A stretch of DNA of 50,582 bases, from assembly GCA_049424145.1 (NCBI GenBank), contig JBMSSC010000004.1, positions 1 through 50,582 on the forward strand, read 5' to 3'. Of this stretch, positions 16,966 through 26,685 are shown piece by piece. The stretch is from Bdellovibrionia bacterium. Lineage in GTDB: Bacteria > Bdellovibrionota > UBA1018. The stretch's first letter is position 1, and each line of letters opens with the position of its first letter. Both the position numbers and the translations under genes were made by a program. The notes under the pieces are model-generated. The model did no database searches. It was given only the letters and a program-made list of their open reading frames with translations, and was not told the origin of the DNA.

Positions 16966-19080
16966 ATGTGGAAAAAAAGAATTTCACTCATCTTCAGTGC
17001 TTACTGGATTGGAGTGGGTTTACCGCTTCAGGCCGAAGAAACTGAGGAGTTGGTTTTAGAAGTCAAGGCCAAGCGAAAGCTCATTGAGCCCGCTCAGGTT
17101 TCAAGCCGAGTGAAGCTCACCCAAGAATCAATTCGATCTCTTCCGCAAGGTGAACAAGTCAGTTTATCGCAGCTCATTTCTTCGACCACTCCAGGGGTGG
17201 TCCAAGGTCCGTTTGGTTCTCTCTTTGTTCGGGGGAATCACGGGAACGTTCAGTACCGCATTGATGGGGTCCAAATGCCTGACTCCCCCTCTGGAACGTT
17301 CTCCGATGCGTTCAGCCCACGAAACATTGCTCAGATGGAGGTCTTAACTGGAGGACTTCCGGCTGAGTATGGAGAGCGGATGGCGGCTGTGGTCAACATT
17401 ACGACCAAATCAGGGTATCAGACGCCGGGAGGTTCGGTTGAGCTTAATTATCGAAGCTTCAATCGAGTTTCTCCTCAGTTTCAATACGGGGGCTCAAACG
17501 AGTCGGGGAATTTGAGGTACTTTTTTTCCGCAGGGTTCTTTAGGACAGACCGTGGGTTAGATACTCCTCAGCCCTTGAGTTTGACCCAGAAAAACGTGGG
17601 GGGGCGTGAGTCGATTCACAATCAAGCCCTAGGGCACAATCAGTTTCTTAAGTTGGATTGGCAATCTGACCCTCAAAACAAGTGGAGCCTCACGGGGTTA
17701 AGTCAGTACACTCAATTTCAGATCCCCAATTTTCCAGATCGGTTTAAACCCACGGATTCGATTTTTCAGAATGATCAGACCCTAGTTTATACTCCGCCTG
17801 ATACGAATAATAACAAGATTGAACTCAATCAGTTTTATCAGCTCGTTTGGAAGCACTCCCTTGCGCCGGCAACATCCCTTCAAGTGGCCCCTTATTGGAA
17901 GTTCATTCAAGCCAAGTACATCAATGATCCCGATCGCGATTTATTCTCTAATCATCCAAACGCCGTTTCTTTTGCGCAGGATCGTCACATTCATAACTTT
18001 GGAGTCAAAGCAGATTACAGCACTCGATTGAGTGAGTGGAACTTATTTAAGGTAGGGACTCAGTTTCAAGCAGGCTACTCCTCAGGGTCCGTGGATGTGA
18101 TCAAAAGGCTACGCACTCCCGTGTCTTCTCGTAACCAGGATCCCGCTTCCGGTTCATTTCAAAACGCCTACGTTCAGGATGAAATGAGGCTTGCGGATTG
18201 GGCTCATTTGAATGCAGGCCTTCGTTTTACGGCAACCCAGTTTAGCTCCCCCGGGGTTGACTCCAGTGAGTCTCAGTTACAGCCTCGAATTGGACTCAAC
18301 CTTTTGCCCACGGACTCCACCAAGGTTCATCTGTATTACGGAAAACTCTTCATCCCCTCGCCTATGGAGAATTTAAGACTCACCTATCAGCAATTAGGTC
18401 AGGCAGGCTCACCCATTGCTCCGTATGACATCAAAGCGGAGGTGGATGATTACTATGAAGTGGGCGTGGATCAGCAGCTGGGAAACTCGCACCAAGTCTC
18501 TTTGAATGGTTACTATCGCGACTCCACCAATATGCTTGATGATGCGCAGCTGCTCAACACCGTCTTAAGCCAACCCTATAACTATGAAAAAGGCTTTGCC
18601 TATGGGGTGGAGTTTTCTGTCAAAGGAAAGCTGACGGAGGATCTCTCGGAGTATTTTAACTATTCCTATGAGATTGCTAAAGGAAGAGGGATTCGTGGAG
18701 GGATGTTTGCGTTTCAAGACTTAGCTCAAGATGATTTGCCTTCTTCATCCTACCAGTTTTTGGATCACGTTCAGATTCACACCATCACCTCAGGGCTTCT
18801 TTATACGCTCAATCAGTTCTCTGGCTCGATTCAAGGGGTTTACGGCAGTGGCCTTCGTCCCGAACCCAATGGAATCAGTCCTCTGCCAGCTAACTTAAAG
18901 TTTGATCTCAGTCTAAGTTATGAGTGGAGCCCCAAGGGTCTATTCTCCAACTCGAAGATCTCGCTGGATGTTCTGAACCTCTTGGACAACGCATATGCCG
19001 TGACTTTTGCCGATGGATTTAATGGCTCAAGCTATGCTGCTGGGAGAGAGATTTTTGTTCACCTCACCAAGACTTTTTAA
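16966..19080 (+). CDS. TonB-dependent outer membrane receptor
   Basis: Signal peptide, plug motifs (VRG..., IDGV, EVLTGGLPAEYG...VVNITTKSG), NLLD near the C-terminus, terminal Phe. Confidence 0.92.
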   Translation: MWKKRISLIFSAYWIGVGLPLQAEETEELVLEVKAKRKLIEPAQVSSRVKLTQESIRSLPQGEQVSLSQLISSTTPGVVQGPFGSLFVRGNHGNVQYRIDGVQMPDSPSGTFSDAFSPRNIAQMEVLTGGLPAEYGERMAAVVNITTKSGYQTPGGSVELNYRSFNRVSPQFQYGGSNESGNLRYFFSAGFFRTDRGLDTPQPLSLTQKNVGGRESIHNQALGHNQFLKLDWQSDPQNKWSLTGLSQYTQFQIPNFPDRFKPTDSIFQNDQTLVYTPPDTNNNKIELNQFYQLVWKHSLAPATSLQVAPYWKFIQAKYINDPDRDLFSNHPNAVSFAQDRHIHNFGVKADYSTRLSEWNLFKVGTQFQAGYSSGSVDVIKRLRTPVSSRNQDPASGSFQNAYVQDEMRLADWAHLNAGLRFTATQFSSPGVDSSESQLQPRIGLNLLPTDSTKVHLYYGKLFIPSPMENLRLTYQQLGQAGSPIAPYDIKAEVDDYYEVGVDQQLGNSHQVSLNGYYRDSTNMLDDAQLLNTVLSQPYNYEKGFAYGVEFSVKGKLTEDLSEYFNYSYEIAKGRGIRGGMFAFQDLAQDDLPSSSYQFLDHVQIHTITSGLLYTLNQFSGSIQGVYGSGLRPEPNGISPLPANLKFDLSLSYEWSPKGLFSNSKISLDVLNLLDNAYAVTFADGFNGSSYAAGREIFVHLTKTF

Positions 19081-19132
19081 TCCAGGCTGCATCCCTTTTC
19101 TGAGTATTTTTTTAAGCATCAGAAATCAAGTT

Positions 19133-21544
19133 TCAGCAGGTGGGGTCGGACTTCCCTTGCCTCAGGGATTGGATGAAAAGCCCCAAAATAAGCATCCCAC
19201 CTAGGCCTTCGATGAGCTGAACCCAAAGTGGAGTTTTAACCTTGGGTTCGAGCTGGATCTCCTGAATTTGAGCCGGTACCAGAATGCCCGTGAGTGCTCC
19301 ATAGGCAGGAAATACACGAAGTGGGATCCACGCTCCTTGTGCTGTTTTTCCCAAAGCCGTGAGAGGTTCGATGTAGTTCATCGATAAGGTGAGTGGGCAA
19401 TCGGCTTGGGTTTCAACCTGGAGAGTCACTTTTTGTAGGTGTTGGGGAGCGGAGACGTTCTGAATGCGGGCCTTTTGGCATTCGGGGGAAAACTCACGTG
19501 GCAGGTTCGCTTTCTCGACCATCGGGTCTGCAGAAACGAGGGCTAAGCTGTCCTTTAAGTAGGCACCGATCCAAGCGCCTTGATGGTTGAGACTTTGGGC
19601 CAGCTCCTCGATCGAGCTAAAAGACTGAAGTTTTTGACTGAACCATGCTTCACCGATTGGAGCAGGAAGTAGGGGCTGAACCGAGATTTGGCTTGGGGAT
19701 TCAGCAATCTGATAAGCCACGTTGTAGAGCTCCCTGAGCGCCGTATACCCCGGTAAATTAGGCGTAAAGGGGAACGCCATGGCCATGATGTCGGCGGGTC
19801 TTTGGTTGAGAGCAAAAAACAGGGAGATGAAGCGGGAGGGGGGGCTAAAGTAGCCTGAAAGCGTGGAGACTCCCAGGGGATAGTTCCGATTGAGTGAGAA
19901 GGGCTCGGCTTCAATGCCTAAAAGTGTACGAGTGAGGGCTGATTTTAACGCGGGAGCTTGAGAGTAAATCTCTTGCTTACGATTGTTTTGAAAGGTCTCT
20001 AAAAACTCCTGGTCCCAATAGGGTTGCAGTCGCTCGGAGAATTCTAAGATGCTGCTCATGCCTAAGATCAGGGCAATGACCAGAGGATGTGTGGGTTTGA
20101 TTTTTTGAGAAGCAAACGACTTGAGCTCCAGAACGGCAAAACAACTGAGCATCCAGCAGAACCCCTCGCGCAAGGCGGAGGGGAAGAAGAATGAGACTAA
20201 GCCCAGGCCCGCTAAAAAAGCCGTTTTTTTCTGGGAAATCGGGGAATGCCGAAGTCGAGCTTGAGCCGCTAGCAGCACGCTTGAGGCTAGAATAGGGAGC
20301 ATGAAAGCAAAAGGTAAGATGGCACGGGCTGGAACTCGGAAGAATTTAAGCGGTGGAATGAAGGCAAATAGCAGGGAGGGAATGGGCTCCACTCTCATAC
20401 TAAAAGTCAGAGCTAAGAACACGCTGAGGAGTAAGCCCAGACCAAGGCGCTTGCAGACGGGTGAAGCGCCTGGTTTTTTCCAGGGAATCAGGAGCAGCAA
20501 TAGCAGCAAGGGGCCTAAGGGGTAGTTAATTTCATGATGAAAAAAAGCATTCTCCCTGGCTACGGAGGTCAGGACTTGGGACCAGGGAAGTGAGGAGAGC
20601 CAATCCATGGCGCTTGAAGTCAAATAGCTGTAAGCGATGTTTCGACCTAAGATGGATCGTGCCGTATCGGTGCTTAAGGCGTGTTGAACGAAAGGCCAGA
20701 TCACGCCTAAGGAGGCCGCAGCCGAGGCGCCAAGGATCCAGATTAAGAGGGGGAGGGTTTTTTTCAAGTCTCCCCGGCCGTCCTCGGTCTTAGGCCAAAG
20801 AAAAGCCAGCAGAATGGGGGCGCCAAACACCCCTGAGTAGAGAATCATCTGATAGCTTTGGTACTCAAAGCAGCTGATGAGGGCTAAAAGCGCTGTGATG
20901 AAAAAAGTGATAGAAAGAGTCTGTTGAAGCGAAGAAAGAATGAGGCTCAAGCAGGAGAGAAAAATAAAAGACCCTGAGAGAATATTGGGGTGCCCATAAG
21001 CCATTCTCCAGGCAACTACGGGAGCAAATGCATTGAGGGCTAAAGCTGAGGAACCCGCTGCAAGAGCTGAGAGGTGTTGAATCCAGGGGCGTTGATCTGG
21101 AGCCGGTGAATGAGCACTCTTGATGGATTTAGACGAAGCAAAAAGAAGGCTCTTGAGTTGAAAGCTGATACGCAGTGAAAAGAATCCAAAAAGAATGTGA
21201 ATGGAGAGAAATGTCCAGTTCAAAATACTCAGCGGACTTAAGTTGAGCCAGGCTAAAAGCCGGGTGATCGGATAGGATCCAAAGTAACCGTGAATAACGA
21301 AGCCTCCTAAAATCTCCGGTCGGTAAAGCAGTGCTTGCCAGTTTCCTTTTTCTCTTGCCAGGTCCTCATAGAAAGGAAAAAGAATCTTCGTTGCATCGTT
21401 GCCTGAGATGCAGAGGTGGGGCGACCAACCTAAGAAGATGACCCAGATCAGCGGGATCATGAGTGTGACGAAGCCCAAAAGGACGAGATCGTTTAATTCG
21501 TTTTTTTTCTGTTTTTCCCAAGCCGATTTAAATAAATAAAGCAT
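19133..21544 (-). CDS. large polytopic membrane protein, YfhO/GT-C glycosyltransferase-like
   Basis: About 12 TM helices, GH motif, FRVPAR loop, soluble C-terminal domain plus final TM. Confidence 0.65.
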   Translation of the reverse strand: MLYLFKSAWEKQKKNELNDLVLLGFVTLMIPLIWVIFLGWSPHLCISGNDATKILFPFYEDLAREKGNWQALLYRPEILGGFVIHGYFGSYPITRLLAWLNLSPLSILNWTFLSIHILFGFFSLRISFQLKSLLFASSKSIKSAHSPAPDQRPWIQHLSALAAGSSALALNAFAPVVAWRMAYGHPNILSGSFIFLSCLSLILSSLQQTLSITFFITALLALISCFEYQSYQMILYSGVFGAPILLAFLWPKTEDGRGDLKKTLPLLIWILGASAAASLGVIWPFVQHALSTDTARSILGRNIAYSYLTSSAMDWLSSLPWSQVLTSVARENAFFHHEINYPLGPLLLLLLLIPWKKPGASPVCKRLGLGLLLSVFLALTFSMRVEPIPSLLFAFIPPLKFFRVPARAILPFAFMLPILASSVLLAAQARLRHSPISQKKTAFLAGLGLVSFFFPSALREGFCWMLSCFAVLELKSFASQKIKPTHPLVIALILGMSSILEFSERLQPYWDQEFLETFQNNRKQEIYSQAPALKSALTRTLLGIEAEPFSLNRNYPLGVSTLSGYFSPPSRFISLFFALNQRPADIMAMAFPFTPNLPGYTALRELYNVAYQIAESPSQISVQPLLPAPIGEAWFSQKLQSFSSIEELAQSLNHQGAWIGAYLKDSLALVSADPMVEKANLPREFSPECQKARIQNVSAPQHLQKVTLQVETQADCPLTLSMNYIEPLTALGKTAQGAWIPLRVFPAYGALTGILVPAQIQEIQLEPKVKTPLWVQLIEGLGGMLILGLFIQSLRQGKSDPTC

Positions 21545-21614
21545 ATAATTCTATCTTATCTGAGATCCCTGGGTTGACAACTCACAAGAATCAAAGTCAT
21601 CATGAATATTACCT

Positions 21615-22394
21615 ATGGATCAAAAAAAAATTTCGATGGATCGAATGCAGGAGTCTTCCCTTTCGTTTGAGCCCATTACGGATGGACTCGGGTTTCATCC
21701 CTTCTCCGATGGGTTACCTTACGCTCCGATTGGAAAAAAGCCAAAAACTCATTCTACAGGAACGGGAGCCGTTGCCGCAGGAAGACCGACTCCGGTGATG
21801 CCAGCGCGTCAACTTGCGGGAGGGGGGCAGCCCCGAGCCGTGAGGGGAAATCATTCTCCCCTGGCTCACTTCGGGCCTGAGATCTCTGTACCGGTGGTGA
21901 AACAAGAGCAAGCCTCGGCCACTTTGAACCTCAAGCCAACTCCAGTTGTGGGGGAAGATTTAGGCTTAGGGTATCTCATGAAACGCTTGCTTGCTTATGT
22001 CTTTGATCTCTCGTTTAATTCTCTGGTTCTCGGAACCATTCTCATTGGTGTCGTCTGGTTTGGAGAAATGGACGTTGAAGAGTGGGCATCGGCTCATGAA
22101 GGGGGCTTGATTCTGAGTTTTTTCCTTTTGACCGGTTGGTTCTTCATTGGATTTCAGGAAGTTCTTTTTAAATCGAGCCTGGGTAAGTTTTTATTTCAAA
22201 TGAAGCTCAACGGTACCTCCGCTCGCATTTTTTTCAGGGCCCTGGTCTTTCTTCCGAGTCTTTTGCTTTTCGGTTTGGGAATTCTCTGGTCTGCGCTAAA
22301 CTCCAGTCGCTCAGGTTGGCATGACATCCTCAGTCGCGTCTTAGGAGAATGGAAGAATGAGACCGCTTTACTCAAAAATTCAAGCTGCCCATGA
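21615..22394 (+). CDS. RDD-family membrane protein with disordered N-terminus
   Basis: [32 protein letters not shown] at 21574 upstream. Confidence 0.8.
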   Translation: MDQKKISMDRMQESSLSFEPITDGLGFHPFSDGLPYAPIGKKPKTHSTGTGAVAAGRPTPVMPARQLAGGGQPRAVRGNHSPLAHFGPEISVPVVKQEQASATLNLKPTPVVGEDLGLGYLMKRLLAYVFDLSFNSLVLGTILIGVVWFGEMDVEEWASAHEGGLILSFFLLTGWFFIGFQEVLFKSSLGKFLFQMKLNGTSARIFFRALVFLPSLLLFGLGILWSALNSSRSGWHDILSRVLGEWKNETALLKNSSCP

Positions 22395-22839
22395 TTTACG
22401 ACCCCTATTAGAGGCTAAAAAAAGCACAGGAGCCCAGGTCGTGTTCACCAATGGGTGCTTTGATTTGATTCACAAAGGCCACGTCACTTATTTGGAGCAA
22501 GCCCGGGGTTGTGGAGATCTGCTGGTGGTTGCTTTAAACTCCGATGAGTCGGTTCGTAGTCTTAAAGGTCCTACGCGTCCGATTTCCCCTTTGGCTGATC
22601 GATTAGAGGTGATCGCTGCGTTAGAGTCCGTGGATTTTGTTACTTGGTTTGAGTCGAGCACCCCTTTGGAGCTCATTGAGTGGCTTCAGCCGCAGGTTTT
22701 AGTAAAAGGGGGGGATTGGTCCGTGGATCAAATCGTGGGTTCAAAGCAGGTGCTGGCCCAAGGAGGAAGAGTCCATTCCCTTCCATTTGTTCCCGGGCGA
22801 AGCACCACTGAATTGATTCAACGCGCACGAAGATTCTAA
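22357..22839 (+). CDS. rfaE2: D-glycero-beta-D-manno-heptose 1-phosphate adenylyltransferase
   Basis: [39 protein letters not shown]. Confidence 0.93.
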   Translation: MRPLYSKIQAAHDLRPLLEAKKSTGAQVVFTNGCFDLIHKGHVTYLEQARGCGDLLVVALNSDESVRSLKGPTRPISPLADRLEVIAALESVDFVTWFESSTPLELIEWLQPQVLVKGGDWSVDQIVGSKQVLAQGGRVHSLPFVPGRSTTELIQRARRF

Positions 22840-22921
22840 ATCCCAGCTGGATCTCGACAGCAGAGTTTAAAAAGATGTCCCTTAGGCGATGCGGATGCGG
22901 AAAACTCGCTTCAGTCAGCGA

Positions 22922-23404
22922 CTAGCTTTTCAGCGCCCGGTAAAACAGCTTCACGCTTGAGAGGGAAGAGCCAAAGAGCAGGCAGATGAAAAAAGCAACT
23001 CCCGAAGAGGCATGAGCATTAAAGATAGTTCGAAATGAGGGCATGAAAAGGTTCCAAATGAAGATCCAGCTGAAGGATCCCCAGACCAATCCCATCGCTA
23101 AAAGGGCGTCCAGCGAGTTGCTAAACACAAAATGAGAGTAGATCATTCCTAATACGCTGCAGAGGATCCCTAAGACGACTCCACCTGCAATTGCTCCTGG
23201 GGTAAAGCCCAGCTCTGTGGCTTGAGCCCCCAAGGGAATGGTTCCGATGAGTTTAAGAGGAAATAGGAATTCCAGCCCAGATTGAGAGGCAATCATCCCT
23301 GCTGCTACCATCGCAATTGCTCCAGCCAGCACTCCTGCTAAAGCTCCTGAGATCCAGCGCATGGGATCTTTTCTCAACCACTGTTCTACTAAGTTGTATT
23401 CCAT
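22922..23404 (-). CDS. hypothetical 4-TM membrane protein
   Basis: Gly/Ala-rich hydrophobic helices; 4-bp gap from the upstream gene. Confidence 0.75.
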   Translation of the reverse strand: MEYNLVEQWLRKDPMRWISGALAGVLAGAIAMVAAGMIASQSGLEFLFPLKLIGTIPLGAQATELGFTPGAIAGGVVLGILCSVLGMIYSHFVFSNSLDALLAMGLVWGSFSWIFIWNLFMPSFRTIFNAHASSGVAFFICLLFGSSLSSVKLFYRALKS

Positions 23405-23408
23405 TTTT

Positions 23409-23828
23409 TTATCGCCTCTTTTTTTGTTCCAATCGAACTAAGTAATCTTGGATGGGACCGAAAATCAAAATACTGAAACCATTGGTGAGGATCAAAGGAA
23501 AAATGAGAGAAAAAAACGATTCCAAGCTCCCCAGGGAAGGGCAGAACGCTTTAAAAAGAGTCAAATAGACGCTCACTAAGATCATCCATGCCCGAATTAA
23601 TCCTAGATTTCCGCTTTTTAGGGGAGGCAGCTTGCGAATGACTCGTAATGTGAAAAAAATCGAGATCAGCCCAACTCCATTTGAAACTAAGATGGCTTGA
23701 AGAAGGGTGGAGGCAGAAAGTCCCAAGTTCTGAAGTCCGATCCATAAACAAACCACGGTGGCTAGAAGTCCAGTGATGAAAGCTGCAGTCATGGCTCCCT
23801 TTAACCACAGAATTTGCCCAAGTTCCAT
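23409..23828 (-). CDS. hypothetical 4-TM membrane protein
   Basis: Hydrophobic helices, basic C-terminus. Confidence 0.7.
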   Translation of the reverse strand: MELGQILWLKGAMTAAFITGLLATVVCLWIGLQNLGLSASTLLQAILVSNGVGLISIFFTLRVIRKLPPLKSGNLGLIRAWMILVSVYLTLFKAFCPSLGSLESFFSLIFPLILTNGFSILIFGPIQDYLVRLEQKKRR

Positions 23829-23856
23829 TGACTGTTCTTCTGGGGGCAGATAAATT

Positions 23857-24828
23857 TTGGCTCAGATGAAGTCCGTTACGGTTGATTTTCATGTCCATGC
23901 CTTCTTCAGACGCTCTCCAGCTAGGGTTCCCCAGCTTGAGGCCGCAGCGGGCGTTTCACAAAAAAAAAGCCTGAGGCGTCGGGCAAGGGCCTGGTTGAAA
24001 CCTTGGGTTCGCTCAGCGCATCAGGTCCAAACCGTCTTACGACACCTGCCTGAACCCCTGCGTAAAGGATTGGATCAGTTGGCAAGTCTCGTTCCCTTGG
24101 CTCACCTGGGATTTGAGTCCACTTTAGGCGATCTTCAAGAGGCGATGCTCGAAGCAGAAGTGGATTACTCGGTTTTAATCGCTCATCCCCCTTTTATTCA
24201 AAATGAGTTCGTTCTGGCAGCTTCTCAGCAAAATCCCCGTCTCATTGCTGCTGTGAATATCCCAAAAACTGCAGCCAGGCCTGCTCAGCTGTTAAAGCAG
24301 TTTCATCAAAACGGGGCTAGGCTTCTTAAAATTCATGCTGCCTCAGACGGGGAGGGCATTCGGTCCCCTCGTTATAAAAGCCTGCTTCGTATGGCTCAGG
24401 ATCTCGGGATGCCCGTCATCCTGCATACGGGGTGTTTACACTCTCGTCTCCTCTATCGAAATCCCGAGCTCTGCAGCGCTGAAAAGTTTAAGCCCTGGTT
24501 TCAAACCTATTCAAAAACTCAATTTATCTTAGCTCATATGAATTTCCACGAACCCACGCAGGCCTTGGACTTAGGGGAGGCGTTTGAAAATGTTTGGGTG
24601 GATACGTCTTGGCAACCTACGGAAGTCATTGGGGAAGCCGTTCGAAGAATGGGTCCCAACCGGGTTCTCTTTGCCTCCGATTGGCCGCTTTTGGGAAATA
24701 ATATGGCAGTCGGCAAGCGAAGAGTTTTAGAGGCCGTCTCCACAGGTTTGTTGAATCCTGAGCAAGCTCAGCTTATCCTAGGAAGAAATGCGATCAAACT
24801 TCTGGGGATGAGTGGGGATGCCAGTTGA
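23857..24828 (+). CDS. amidohydrolase-2 family TIM-barrel metallo-hydrolase
   Basis: DFHVH, LKIH, ILHTG, ILAHM, VDTS, LFASDWP. Confidence 0.85.
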   Translation: MAQMKSVTVDFHVHAFFRRSPARVPQLEAAAGVSQKKSLRRRARAWLKPWVRSAHQVQTVLRHLPEPLRKGLDQLASLVPLAHLGFESTLGDLQEAMLEAEVDYSVLIAHPPFIQNEFVLAASQQNPRLIAAVNIPKTAARPAQLLKQFHQNGARLLKIHAASDGEGIRSPRYKSLLRMAQDLGMPVILHTGCLHSRLLYRNPELCSAEKFKPWFQTYSKTQFILAHMNFHEPTQALDLGEAFENVWVDTSWQPTEVIGEAVRRMGPNRVLFASDWPLLGNNMAVGKRRVLEAVSTGLLNPEQAQLILGRNAIKLLGMSGDAS

Positions 24829-25750
24829 GTTCATTCGGTTAACTGCAGCAGAGTTCGAGAGTTTACCCAAAGAAAAAACGGTTTTTTTCTTTCCCGTAGG
24901 GCCTTTGGAGGATCATGGCCCCCATTTGCCTTTGGGGTTAGACCCACTGGTGGCGCAGGGCTTTTCCGAGCAAGTGGCGATTCACTTAGAGAAGCAGATG
25001 GAGGGCTGGGTTGGGGTGTTGATGCCTGCGTTGCCCTTAGGGATTGAAGCCAACACCTCGGGATTAAAATTGACGGTTCGTGCTCATGTCTTAAGAGACT
25101 GGCTGGTGGATGCCTGTCAGAGCTTAATGAAACGGGGATTTTATCATTTTGTCTGTTTCAGTGGGCATCTAGGGCCTAAGCAGTTAACGGCCATTGAGGA
25201 CGCTGGAAAATTAATTCAACGTGCGGCTCGGTGGAAAAAGTTGAGCTCAAGACTCGGGAAGAAGGGCCCTGTACCGAATCTCCTATCGGGCAGCTCGGCT
25301 TTAATTCGGGCCCAGGATGTTCTTAGGTCTCCTCTTTGGCCTGATCCCCTGGAGCATGGAGGAAGGATCGATACGTCCTTGGCTTTGGTATTTTTAAAAG
25401 ATCAGCTGAATTTTGAGTTTCAAGGATTACCCGAGCGCAAGCGCGAGGCTCTGCTTTTAAAAAGGCTCTTGAAGCGGGTGTTTAAAAAAATTGAAGGTTA
25501 TTGGGGAAATCCATCGTTAGCCGATCCAGAGGCGGGGCGAGCTCAGATTCAAAAAGAGTTGCAGGTGATTTTTCCGCGCTTGCAAGCCGTTTTAGAAGGG
25601 GCTCCTGCGGGCTCTTGGTTTCGTAGTTGGTACTCGATTCTGCCCATGAATAAGAGCTTTTTTCGGATCTGGATTTTGTTTTTTTTAATTCTCATTGTCC
25701 TGAGTGGTTGGGTTTACTTAACATTTAGTCTTTTTCCAGGAGCCTCATAA
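24818..25750 (+). CDS. creatininase-family amidohydrolase with C-terminal membrane anchor
   Basis: PVGPLEDHGPHLPLGLD, SGHLG, EHGG..DTS, GYWGNP; hydrophobic C-terminal helix; ATG 24818. Confidence 0.82.
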   Translation: MPVEFIRLTAAEFESLPKEKTVFFFPVGPLEDHGPHLPLGLDPLVAQGFSEQVAIHLEKQMEGWVGVLMPALPLGIEANTSGLKLTVRAHVLRDWLVDACQSLMKRGFYHFVCFSGHLGPKQLTAIEDAGKLIQRAARWKKLSSRLGKKGPVPNLLSGSSALIRAQDVLRSPLWPDPLEHGGRIDTSLALVFLKDQLNFEFQGLPERKREALLLKRLLKRVFKKIEGYWGNPSLADPEAGRAQIQKELQVIFPRLQAVLEGAPAGSWFRSWYSILPMNKSFFRIWILFFLILIVLSGWVYLTFSLFPGAS

Positions 25751-25806
25751 AATCGATCCTGTATCAAGTCAGAAATGATTTTTTTAAAAAGGCTTTAAAA
25801 AAATGA

Positions 25807-26655
25807 GTGACCTATGTTTCATCTCAAACCGATGCTAAAATTTGGACTATGTCCATTCTTCATAGAAAAAATCTGCTGCTGATTTTTTTTCTTCTGATCC
25901 CGACTCTTTCTCTGGGGCATCAAAAAGCACGAGTCATTAAAGAAGAAGTCCGAGTGCATGAGCGGCCTGAGAAAAAATCACCTGTGATCGGAGAATTGAC
26001 CATCGGTCAAAAGGTCCGCTCCAGTTCAAAATGGGTGACCGATTCCAAGGGGATCAATTGGTACAAAGTGATGACCCCCCAGGGGAGTTTTGGCTACGTT
26101 CAGGCCAATGCACTTGAAACCGATGAACTCAAACGGGAGTTGGCCAGTAATAAAGTCGAATCTTTTTTAGAAGATCCCAACGGGTATCACCTCCCTCGAG
26201 ACTGGGGTTTCGTTCTTCGGGGGATGGGTTTTGCCGCGGTAACCGGCGTGAGTGCATCCAATAGTAGCCTGACTCCTGGCCCATTGGTATACTCAATTAG
26301 GTTTGGAGGAGAAGGTGAGCTCACCTATACCTTCTCGCTAGCGGATCAAGGGATTGCCTCTCGGTCTTTAGCGCTAGGTGCGGTTTATTCTAATCTGATT
26401 CCCGGTGAAACTTTTTTGGGCGGTTCACTCGTGATTCAACCCAACTTTAGGACGGCCATTCAGCCTCAGTTGAGGTTGCGTTTAGGAAAAACGGAGTCGA
26501 CAGTGTTTTGGGGCGGGGCCTTGGGGATTCGGTTCTTTCTGGTGCGTTTTAGCAGGGTTCAATTTGCGGGGTTCATCGACGCGGGAGTCTTACTTTCAGC
26601 TTCAATGAGGCAGCTTTATCCGTATGCAGCAGCAGGGTTAGGAATTCATTTTTAA
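25807..26655 (+). CDS. SH3b-domain protein with probable outer-membrane beta-barrel C-terminus
   Basis: Signal peptide, V.ERP...SPVIG.L..G...WYKV....GYV SH3b pattern, terminal AGLGIHF beta-signal; start may be ATG 25849. Confidence 0.7.
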   Translation: MTYVSSQTDAKIWTMSILHRKNLLLIFFLLIPTLSLGHQKARVIKEEVRVHERPEKKSPVIGELTIGQKVRSSSKWVTDSKGINWYKVMTPQGSFGYVQANALETDELKRELASNKVESFLEDPNGYHLPRDWGFVLRGMGFAAVTGVSASNSSLTPGPLVYSIRFGGEGELTYTFSLADQGIASRSLALGAVYSNLIPGETFLGGSLVIQPNFRTAIQPQLRLRLGKTESTVFWGGALGIRFFLVRFSRVQFAGFIDAGVLLSASMRQLYPYAAAGLGIHF

Positions 26656-26685
26656 TTCTTTCAAAATTAAGTCGGATCATTTGAG

